Assembly: GCA_965116495.1 (NCBI GenBank) | Contig: OZ220696.1 | Location: forward strand, 4,096,001 to 4,160,000 | Reading direction: 5' to 3' | Source: Gammaproteobacteria bacterium | GTDB lineage: Bacteria; Pseudomonadota; Gammaproteobacteria; Eutrophobiales; Eutrophobiaceae | DNA: 64,000 bases | Shown here: positions 29,742 through 37,657 of the stretch, piece after piece | How positions within the stretch are numbered: the stretch's first letter is position 1 | Layout: every line of letters starts with the position of its first letter | Notes under the pieces: generated by a model | Databases searched by the model: none | Told to the model about the DNA's origin: nothing | Seen by the model: only the letters and a program-made list of their open reading frames with translations | Position numbers and translations under genes: made by a program

Positions 29742-30757
29742 TTAAGGGTTGCTTTGATAATATCGACCATGGCTGGCTGTATGAGCACATTCCGATGGAT
29801 CGGAAGGTATTGCGGCAGTGGCTGGCCTCGGGCTATCTCGAAGGTAAGACACCCTTCCCCACCCTGGCAGGAACACCACAGGGCGGCGTTATCTCATCGT
29901 GTCTGGCAAATATGGTTCTCGATGGACTGGAAGATGTGGTAGCACGCATTACCAAGCCGTCGGACAAGGTCCATGTTATCAGATATGCGGATGATTTTGT
30001 GGTCACAGGGGCTTCGCAAGAAGTACTTGAGCACCGTATTAAGCCTGCCATTGAAGAATTTCTGCTAGGAAGAGGCCTACGCCTATCGGAAGAGAAAACG
30101 CTGATAACCTCAGTTCACGAAGGCTTTGATTTTCTGGGTTTCAACGTCCGCAAATATGGGCGTAAGTTGTTGATCAAGCCCAGCAAGAGCAGTATCAAGT
30201 CTTTTCTGGACGGAATTCGTGAGGAGATAAAGCGCAGTGTTGGCGTACCTACGATTGGGTTGATCCGTCGGCTCAATCAGAACATACGTGGTTGGGTGAA
30301 TTACTACCGCCATGTAGTCGCCAAACAAGCCTTCGGATTTGTGGATAACGTGATATTTTGGGCAGTATGGAAATGGAGTCGTCGGCGTCACCCCAACAAA
30401 TCAGCGAATTGGAGGTACAGGAAGTACTTTGCTGGTCACGGGAAGCGCAAATGGAACCTCCATGCGCCCTTTGTGGGTAAGGACGGAGTCGTCAAGGCTT
30501 TGTCTTTGATTCAGGCATCAGCCACGCCCATTCGCCGACATCGACAATTAATCGCAGCGGCAACCCCGTATGATCCTGAGTTCTTTGAATATTTTGAGAG
30601 CAGGTCGCGCAAGGTTGCCATGGTGCCGCCGTGGACTACCGGGTCGCTATCCAGCGACTTTATAAGGGCTTGAGCCGTGTGCTGGGAAACCCGCACGCAC
30701 GGTTCTTAGGAGAGGGAGTGGCAGCAATGCCACTCTCTTATCCGACTAAATCGCCGG

Positions 30758-31966
30758 TTAAACATAGTCAATCAGCCGGTCCTCAAACTCAATGATAAAC
30801 CGGTTCAGCGCCCCCTTCCAGTTCCGGATCGGCATGGTCCATTTTTTTGACGCATCCATGATCGCCAGGTAAACGACCTTCCGGGCCGAATCGTCAGATG
30901 GGAACAGCTTGCGTTTATTGATGGCCTTGCGGACCACGCTGTTCAGGGATTCAATGGCATTGGTCGTATATATTGCCTTGCGAATGTCGTCCGGATAGCG
31001 AAACAGGGTGCTCAGGTTTTGCCAATGCTGGCGCCAGGTACGACTGATATGGGGGTATTTCTCATCCCAGCGTTCCGCGAACCGCTCCAGCGCCAGTAGC
31101 GCCTCGTCCTCGGTAGCCGACTGGTAGATCTGCTTTAAATCCGCCGCCACGGCCTTGTAGTCCTTCCAGACCACATACTTCATGGCATTGCGCACCAGGT
31201 GCACAATACAGAGCTGCACCTGCGTGTCCGGAAACACGTTGCCGATGGCGTCGGGGAACCCCTTGAGCCCGTCCACGCAGGCAATCAGGATGTCCTTCAC
31301 CCCGCGCGTCTGCAGCTCCGTGAGAATAGCCAGCCAGAACTTGGCCCCCTCATGCTCAGCCAGCCACAGGCCCAGTAACTCCTTGTGACCCGACAGGTTC
31401 ACCCCCAGGGCCAGGTAGATGGCCTTGTTGATAACCCGCTTGTCCTGGCGAATCTTCACCACGATACAATCCAGGTACACAATCGGATACACCGCTTCCA
31501 GCGGCCGGGACTGCCACTCCACCACGCGCTCAAGGATCGCATCCGTGACCCGGGATATCAGTGTCAGGGAAATCTCCGCAGCGTACATCTCCTTGAAGGT
31601 GGCCACGATCTCGCGGGTGGTCATGCCCTTGGCATACAAACTCAGGATTTTATCGTCCATGGAGGTAAAACGCCGTTGCCCCTTCTTCACCAGCTTCGGT
31701 TCGAAGCTGCCTTGCCGGTCACGCGGCGTCTCCAGTTCAAACTGGCCCTCACCGGTGCTCAGCGTCTTGCTGCCGTAGCCGTTGCGGCTGTTGGCGTTCT
31801 CCGATTGTTCGTGGCGGGCGTAGCCCAGGTGGTCCTCCAACTCGGCGTTCAGCGCCGCCTCCACCGTGACCTTGGTCAGCATCTGGCTGAACTCGTTCAG
31901 GTCTTCCTCGGTTTTAAGCCCCTTCGCTACTTCACGCGCGAAGGCTTCCAGTGCTTGCTTTTTCAT
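30758..31966 (-). CDS. IS256 family transposase, intact
   Basis: SRNGY, PRDRQGSFEP, VYLDCI, VDGLKGF, QLCIVH and YTTNAIES motifs. Confidence 0.96.
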   Translation of the reverse strand: MKKQALEAFAREVAKGLKTEEDLNEFSQMLTKVTVEAALNAELEDHLGYARHEQSENANSRNGYGSKTLSTGEGQFELETPRDRQGSFEPKLVKKGQRRFTSMDDKILSLYAKGMTTREIVATFKEMYAAEISLTLISRVTDAILERVVEWQSRPLEAVYPIVYLDCIVVKIRQDKRVINKAIYLALGVNLSGHKELLGLWLAEHEGAKFWLAILTELQTRGVKDILIACVDGLKGFPDAIGNVFPDTQVQLCIVHLVRNAMKYVVWKDYKAVAADLKQIYQSATEDEALLALERFAERWDEKYPHISRTWRQHWQNLSTLFRYPDDIRKAIYTTNAIESLNSVVRKAINKRKLFPSDDSARKVVYLAIMDASKKWTMPIRNWKGALNRFIIEFEDRLIDYV

Positions 31967-32040
31967 GATACCTATCCTCACCCATAGTTAAGGTTAATGA
32001 TAGGCGGTTTACACAGTTTTTGTTACAGTCTCTTTAACGG

Positions 32041-32558
32041 GGTTCCTGACTATAGACCTTGTTCTGCTTCTACACTTCAACATCTCATCCAGCCACTCCT
32101 TTGGAGGCATAATTTCCTTGCCGTCGAATTTCAGCACTCTGTTACGGGCAACTTCAATCTCCAACTTCTCTCGACCATTCTTCCTGTATTCACTAGCCCA
32201 TCCAAGTTGTCCAGAAGAAGGTAAGCTCGCCCACTTACCGTCCATAGGAACGCCATTCTCCTTCAACACTCATTCGAAGTGAGCCCAATCGAACCGGATT
32301 ATGCCATCATCAACGTAGTTAAACTCGCCTGCTAGTTCCCTTGCTAACCACTCACTTTGGTGGTTCGGGTTACTATGTTCATTAACTACTTTCTTGATTG
32401 CGTCCTCAATTACGGTATTTCTTAGTCCTTCTATAGCGTACTTAACGTGCGATTCCACTCTTTCCCAAACATCGTCCGTAACTTCTAATCCACGCCAAAT
32501 CTTATGGCCATTTAGCCATTCCTCTCTTAATTATCTCTACTTCAACGATTTTATTCAT
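32041..32558 (-). pseudogene. degraded hypothetical gene, 3' end hit by IS256
   Basis: Two in-frame ORF pieces (32270-32458 and 32009-32269) separated by a TGA; frameshift near the 5' end. Confidence 0.4.
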
Positions 32559-32590
32559 AGGTCGGCTGATGTCCTTATCAGTGGGCATGG

Positions 32591-33037
32591 CTAGTACTCC
32601 GTCACCCCCAGCTTGTCCTTGATTCTGGCAATCAGTTCCTCCCGGCGCTGGTGCATGTCGATTAGCGGTTCCTTGCGCAGCTTCCCTGTTTCCTCCGCGT
32701 TATAGGGTATAAACGGGTCGGGGAGTTCGTTCCTGCTGAAATTCAACAGTATCCAGTTCATCACGTCGGCCAGTTCCTGGTCCGAGATGGGGGCGCCGGC
32801 CGCGCCCGGCACCTGTACCAGAAACTCCCTGCCGCCGGGTACGTGCAGGAAGTATCCCACAAAATTATTCATCTTCGGCACGTTGCCCTCGGAACCGGAA
32901 CCGTCTGGCAAATGGCAGCCCTGGCAGTTGAGGATGTAGTTCTGCCTGGCTAGAATTTCATTGGCCCCGGTGGTTGTGTTGATACACAACAGTAGAAGTA
33001 GACATATAAGGAGGAAGTCAATTGACTGGATTTGCAT
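32591..33037 (-). CDS. monoheme cytochrome c, exported
   Basis: CQGCH heme motif after a hydrophobic signal segment; downstream of the amine dehydrogenase small subunit. Confidence 0.88.
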   Translation of the reverse strand: MQIQSIDFLLICLLLLLCINTTTGANEILARQNYILNCQGCHLPDGSGSEGNVPKMNNFVGYFLHVPGGREFLVQVPGAAGAPISDQELADVMNWILLNFSRNELPDPFIPYNAEETGKLRKEPLIDMHQRREELIARIKDKLGVTEY

Positions 33038-33141
33038 CCTACGCTCCGTTGACGGCGCATCCATGCGCCACTACTCGGCTTGTGCCGGAACGACGGTGCA
33101 ATGTACTGGGTCGTCATTCCGGGCTTGACCCGGAATCCAGT
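33025..33141. repeat. REP-like element with insert (copy 2, 33025-33095, minus) plus a plain REP (33112-33141)
   Basis: Reverse complement matches 62417-62487; plain unit is CGTCATTCCGGGCTTGACCCGGAATCCAGT. Confidence 0.85.
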
Positions 33142-33195
33142 CAGATAACCATCGCTGGAGCCTGCCCTCGCATGTTGTAAGCGGGGGACACATTA

Positions 33196-33714
33196 TTATT
33201 TAATCGCCACGCCCAGAATGAGGTTCACGGTGCAATGATAGGCTGTGCTTTTCGTGCCGAGGCACCAGTTGTAATCGTTGGAGGTGTGGGGCCGGTAGGT
33301 GGGCCTGTCCCCTTCATTCCTGTTGCAGAAACAGTTGCCGCAGGATGTCTTGCCGCAGCAGTCGTTGTAGGAAATGATGTAGTCCTTGCCATCGCCGGGG
33401 TTCCTGCAGGTGCCGATCCAGGTGATTGTCGACATTTCCGTTCCCGGCGGGCAACTGTTGATGGTACCGCCGCAGCACGAGCACAGGTAGCCGTCTATGG
33501 CGCAGTTGCGCCAGTAATCGCAGGTTGCCGGATCTCCCGGATCCACTGCGGGCGGGCCGGGTTGTTCTGCAGTCGCGGCGCGGGCAACCGGCAACAGGGG
33601 CATGATCGAGCCGCCGGCAATCACACCGCCGAGCCCGCCGAGAAAACTCCTGCGGGAAGACGTTTTGGCTACGTTTCTTGAAAAATTTTCCGTCAGTTTG
33701 TCTATCCAGTTCAT
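33196..33714 (-). CDS. TTQ amine dehydrogenase small (beta) subunit, MauA/AauA-like
   Basis: Tat signal SRRSFL; CDYWRNCAIDG; both TTQ tryptophan contexts (TWIGTC and NDYNWC); Cys-rich. Confidence 0.93.
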   Translation of the reverse strand: MNWIDKLTENFSRNVAKTSSRRSFLGGLGGVIAGGSIMPLLPVARAATAEQPGPPAVDPGDPATCDYWRNCAIDGYLCSCCGGTINSCPPGTEMSTITWIGTCRNPGDGKDYIISYNDCCGKTSCGNCFCNRNEGDRPTYRPHTSNDYNWCLGTKSTAYHCTVNLILGVAIK

Positions 33715-33736
33715 ACTCTTCTTCTCCCGCTGATGC

Positions 33737-34897
33737 CTATTGCGAAGCGTAGACCAGCAACGGCCAGTTATGGTAGAAATCGGCAAGGGTATTGACATGC
33801 TTGCCGGACCGGGCGTCATAGACTTCCAGTTTCATTTCAATATTGGTGGTCACGATTTTCGGCGCATCACCCATGGTGATGTCGAACGCGATGGCCGGCA
33901 GCGTGAGAGGTATGCGGTTCACCCTGGTTTTACTGCCGGTGTCAAATACCCAGATCTCCGAACCGGGGTTGTCATGGGAGCCTTCCCCGCCGTTTTCGTG
34001 CATCATCACGTAAAGCCGCCCGGTGCTGTCCGTCGCCGCCAGCCAGGCGCCGCCGGGACGCCAGTTCTGTTTCCTGTCCTCCTCATTCAGCAGGCTCCAT
34101 TTCTCTCCCAGCCTGGCTGCGCTCCCGCTTAAATCTATTTCCTGTACGGTGCCGCTGAAACTGGGGAAATAACCCGTGCCGCCGATGATCGCCGGCCTTT
34201 CGAACAGGGCGTCATCGTCGACATCGAAGAACGGCTCGATCTTTTCCTGTTCGGTAACCTGGCCGTCTTCATCAAGCTGGAAACTGACCATGGAGCCATT
34301 GCCGCACAGGGAACTGAATCCACGTTTGCCGGTGGGATAGATGCCGGCGCAGGTCGGCAACGGGACGCCGTTGACCACCTCGCGTTTTTCCAGGTCGACC
34401 ACGGTGACGAAGGTGCCGGGCGTGAAGCTGTAAAACAACAGGAACTTCTCGTTGTCGATGAGCGAAATGACAAACTTGCTGACCAGTATCTCCGCCCGTT
34501 TGAGTTTGGGATCGTGGAGGATGATTTCATCGAGGGGATTCAAGGTGGCCTTGTCGTAAATGGTCAATACGTCGGTGCGGTTGCCGCGGGTGCCGCGGTC
34601 GTAATAGTGTTCGAGTACGTACATCTCGGGTTTATTCAGCGCCTGGGTAAAGGCTGCGATAAAACCGCCGTTGAAACTTCCCTTGAAAAAATCCTTGATG
34701 TCTCCGCCCTTGATATCCATTACCATGAACCGGCCCAGGGACATGTGGTCGAAGGCGATATCGTGGACGATGACCCAGTCATCCGGGTAGGGAACGGGCA
34801 GGGTCTCCACCTTGCCCTGTTCATCATTGGGTAAATCCGCGCTGTAGCTATTCACGCAACCCAGGAGCAGCGCTAATCGTAGAAATTGTTTAAACAT
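33737..34897 (-). CDS. amine dehydrogenase large (alpha) subunit, MauB/AauB-like beta-propeller
   Basis: RGTRGNRTDVLTIYD, FTP...VTVVDL, NWRPGG and SHDNPGSEIWV motifs; signal peptide. Confidence 0.9.
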   Translation of the reverse strand: MFKQFLRLALLLGCVNSYSADLPNDEQGKVETLPVPYPDDWVIVHDIAFDHMSLGRFMVMDIKGGDIKDFFKGSFNGGFIAAFTQALNKPEMYVLEHYYDRGTRGNRTDVLTIYDKATLNPLDEIILHDPKLKRAEILVSKFVISLIDNEKFLLFYSFTPGTFVTVVDLEKREVVNGVPLPTCAGIYPTGKRGFSSLCGNGSMVSFQLDEDGQVTEQEKIEPFFDVDDDALFERPAIIGGTGYFPSFSGTVQEIDLSGSAARLGEKWSLLNEEDRKQNWRPGGAWLAATDSTGRLYVMMHENGGEGSHDNPGSEIWVFDTGSKTRVNRIPLTLPAIAFDITMGDAPKIVTTNIEMKLEVYDARSGKHVNTLADFYHNWPLLVYASQ

Positions 34898-34962
34898 AGT
34901 CGGACCTCGATAATATACGGGCACACCCGATACATTATAACTGTGTCAGGTGTAAATAACGA

Positions 34963-34979
34963 GTGACTGTGACCTGCTT
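34963..34979 (+). repeat. 17-bp direct repeat, left copy
   Basis: GTGACTGTGACCTGCTT, identical at 42205-42221. Confidence 0.85.
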
Positions 34980-35230
34980 GCGCTATTTGGTCTGTCGGGA
35001 ACATCCTGTGCCAGGAACATCCCTGATTTCGCGTCAGTAAAGTGTGGGAATCAAAAAAACTTTGCCTGTATAACGAGTTACACGATCAATGAACATCACG
35101 CGATGGGTGTACAGGCAAATCTTGTAAAGATCATACCGTGTCAAGCAGCAAATACTAACGATTTATTGACCGGGCGCGGTGGTTTTGTCTGTGTGGCCGA
35201 ATTATTACGGCGGATACGGTTCAGGGACGA

Positions 35231-35962
35231 CTACTCTACTCTGATAGCAAGGAAAGCATGCAATTGTCGACTCCATTTCTTGCCAATATCCGGATAGTAA
35301 GTGCAGTACTCTATAATTTTTTGCACCAGTTCATTGGATTCGGGGGATACCAAACAGGCTCGGGCTTGAATATCGTTCAATGTCTGCATTCTGGCCCGGA
35401 CCCAGTCTATCGACAACAACTGTGTGCCCTGGCTATTCTCATTAATTGCGTTTACTGGCAGGTCAGCGACGCGAATGCGGTTGTAATCTTTTGGCACTAC
35501 TAAAAACGGACCCGACGGAGCCCTTTTATGCAGATTGTATGCCCGTATAAAAGCGGTTCCCATCACTGAGGACAAGGTCATCAATCCTTCACCCAACTTC
35601 ACCCTGTTCCCGTCGAGATCATCTGTTACCTCACTCGGATAACAACCGGTAATGTCTGAAAACTCGCCCTCTGCTATCGCCGCCGTCGCGAACATTCCGG
35701 TAGATGCCACGTGACGCATCAGCGCAATTGCGATGGCGATGGGACGTTCAAGCGTATCCTCACCAAAGTCGCTGACTATGGCAAAGCCGTCTCCCGTCTG
35801 ATGTACAAACAAACGTTCCGCTTCGTTCGGATAAACCTTTTTTCCGATTCGATATATAGCCCGCATCAGTTCCCTAAGGGACTTAAGCGCTTTACATTCA
35901 TCGCATTCCCAGACCTTACTGAATCCAAGAATATCAATATAGATGCACCAGCGTTGATTCAT
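35231..35962 (-). CDS. hypothetical protein with class III nucleotidyl-cyclase-like motifs
   Basis: YIDILGFS...TGDGFAI...AIAEG...GTAFIRAY. Confidence 0.6.
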   Translation of the reverse strand: MNQRWCIYIDILGFSKVWECDECKALKSLRELMRAIYRIGKKVYPNEAERLFVHQTGDGFAIVSDFGEDTLERPIAIAIALMRHVASTGMFATAAIAEGEFSDITGCYPSEVTDDLDGNRVKLGEGLMTLSSVMGTAFIRAYNLHKRAPSGPFLVVPKDYNRIRVADLPVNAINENSQGTQLLSIDWVRARMQTLNDIQARACLVSPESNELVQKIIEYCTYYPDIGKKWSRQLHAFLAIRVE

Positions 35963-36026
35963 GGGGACCTCTTACAGAAATACTATAGCATCCGCTTTTT
36001 TCGGGGTATGTCCCTGGCGCGTTTTG

Positions 36027-36464
36027 CTATCCCGCAACACAGAAGTCGGCTATCCATTCTCGTAACTGATGCAATCGAAAACAATTGATCTGCCGTTGCA
36101 AGGGAGCCGCTCCCTCCAGGTCGAAGGTCACAGCCAATTTACCTGTGGCATGCGCGAGTTCTATGTCCTCAACCGCTTCAACCCTCAGGTAATCGTCTGG
36201 ACGCACCCCAATCCAGTCCCGCATTTGTGCAAGAACGCGTATGCAGGCCTCCAGTCCGATTTCCCCGTAACCGACATTAATACTGACTACGTCAACACCG
36301 GCATCCCGGTAACGCTGTAATTGTGGAATAAATTCCAGGTTTTTACCCAACTCCAAGGGGAGGCACCCATGGTTATCCCATACTATGGAACGGTTGTGCA
36401 GCGCTTCTGCTTCCTGCGAAACATTCCAGTTACGTTTCCTTTCCTTTGAGTATTTCCCATTCAT
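36027..36464 (-). pseudogene. membrane dipeptidase (M19) 5' fragment
   Basis: VWDNHGCLP and TFDLEGA metal-ligand motifs; homology stops at about residue 127. Confidence 0.8.
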
Positions 36465-36470
36465 AAACTC

Positions 36471-37616
36471 TCAACCTCCAACCCAAAGCGACAGTGAGGC
36501 GCCGATAAAATTGGCAATCACATATCCCAGGATACCGCAGAGCAGGCCGGGAGTAACCAGGCTGTGCCACTTGTGGTGAGCTGCCAGCGCCGCAGCGGGC
36601 GCCGGCCCCAGAATACAGGCATTTGACGCGGTGATTAATTCAGCATAGTTGAACCGGAAGAGTTTTCCCGCCGCGATGGTGACACTCGCATGAATCAGGC
36701 AGATGAGGAAAGCATAAACCATCAAAACAGGACCGAAGGTAAACAATATTGATATATCGGCACCGGCGCCTACGACAACAAAAAACAGGTACATCAGAAA
36801 CATCCCTATCTCAAAGTCGCCGCGCAAGCCGCCCAGTTGACGCGGCAATATGTTAGCCAAAGCAACAGCAAATAACGTAATAAACAATAAAGTAAATCGG
36901 GGAACGGAAAAATACTGCGCAACGAGGGCGCTGCACCAGCAAACTCCTACCGCCAGCAGAAGCGCCAAAGCGACGCTCCCAACAGGGAGTCGAGTAGTTG
37001 GGCGGCCTGTCTCCTGACTGTGCGCCGGCCGCGACGACAACGTGACGCAGTCCGGGTGCACGGGAAATGCACGCATGAACCAGGCCGACGTAGCCATCAC
37101 TGCCAGTAAAACCAGATACGCCGTGCCGGCAATCGCATCTGAAGCAAGCGCCGCGGCCAGCAGCCCTGCATCAGTTAGTTCCAGGGTCTGCGCCACCGCG
37201 ATAAAATTCATGGAACCGCCGGTGTAGGTGGCGATGAATACCCCCAGCAGTTTATCGGCCTCCGGCCCCAGGGGCAACAGGAGTAATCCAACGATGCCCC
37301 CCAGACATGTGCCGGCAACACAAATCAAAAAAGCAACCACCAGTCGTCCGGCGCCGGCCACTACCTGCTGCAGGTTCGCTTTGAACAACAATAAGGCGAC
37401 AGCCAACGGGACAAGGTAGCTGACAATGACTCCATAGACGCGTGAAGTCTGTGGCAGCAGGCCGGTATTTGAGCATATTGCTCCTATGATCAAGGCAACC
37501 ACTGCAGCTGACAGCTTCTTTCCAAGGCTGAACCGCTCACACCATAGTGCGAATATAACAATCAGCAGTAATTGCGCAACGACCAAGACATCTGTAACGG
37601 CATCCGCCAAGGCCAC
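36471..37616 (-). CDS. DUF819 family membrane protein (putative transporter)
   Basis: Many TM helices; ATYTGGSMNF and ASNACILGP motifs. Confidence 0.85.
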   Translation of the reverse strand: MALADAVTDVLVVAQLLLIVIFALWCERFSLGKKLSAAVVALIIGAICSNTGLLPQTSRVYGVIVSYLVPLAVALLLFKANLQQVVAGAGRLVVAFLICVAGTCLGGIVGLLLLPLGPEADKLLGVFIATYTGGSMNFIAVAQTLELTDAGLLAAALASDAIAGTAYLVLLAVMATSAWFMRAFPVHPDCVTLSSRPAHSQETGRPTTRLPVGSVALALLLAVGVCWCSALVAQYFSVPRFTLLFITLFAVALANILPRQLGGLRGDFEIGMFLMYLFFVVVGAGADISILFTFGPVLMVYAFLICLIHASVTIAAGKLFRFNYAELITASNACILGPAPAAALAAHHKWHSLVTPGLLCGILGYVIANFIGASLSLWVGG

Positions 37617-37657
37617 TTGTTCGATTGCAAGAGAGTTTTGGGGCTATCCCGGAATGG

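Larger units (their letters stand above)
27101..30673 (+). pseudogene. ltrA: group II intron reverse transcriptase/maturase, no HNH domain, interrupted by IS1634
   Basis: TPGVDG, LRRIYIPKKNG..RPLG, SYGFRPGRS, EGDI|KGCFDNI, GTPQGG, RYADD, FDFLGF, IRGWVNYY. Confidence 0.92.
26492..30746 (+). mobile_element. group II intron (IIB/chloroplast-like class probable)
   Basis: 5' GTGCG; domain V GAGCCGTGTGCTGGGAAACCCGCACGCACGGTTC; domain VI hairpin; 3' end CCGAC. The exons rejoin into the IS256 TIR. Confidence 0.93.
26471..32032 (-). mobile_element. IS256-family element carrying a group II intron in its downstream TIR
   Basis: 8-bp TSD TTTAACGG at 26463-26470 and 32033-32040. TIR GGGACTGTAAATATTTCCGTG|TAAATCGCC (split by the intron) matches GAGACTGTAACAAAAACTGTGTAAACCGCC at 22/30. 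Confidence 0.92.

Noticed and set aside
27101-30673. Retron, DGR or defence-associated RT
   Set aside because: Flanked by canonical group II intron ends with domains V and VI, and has a maturase X domain.
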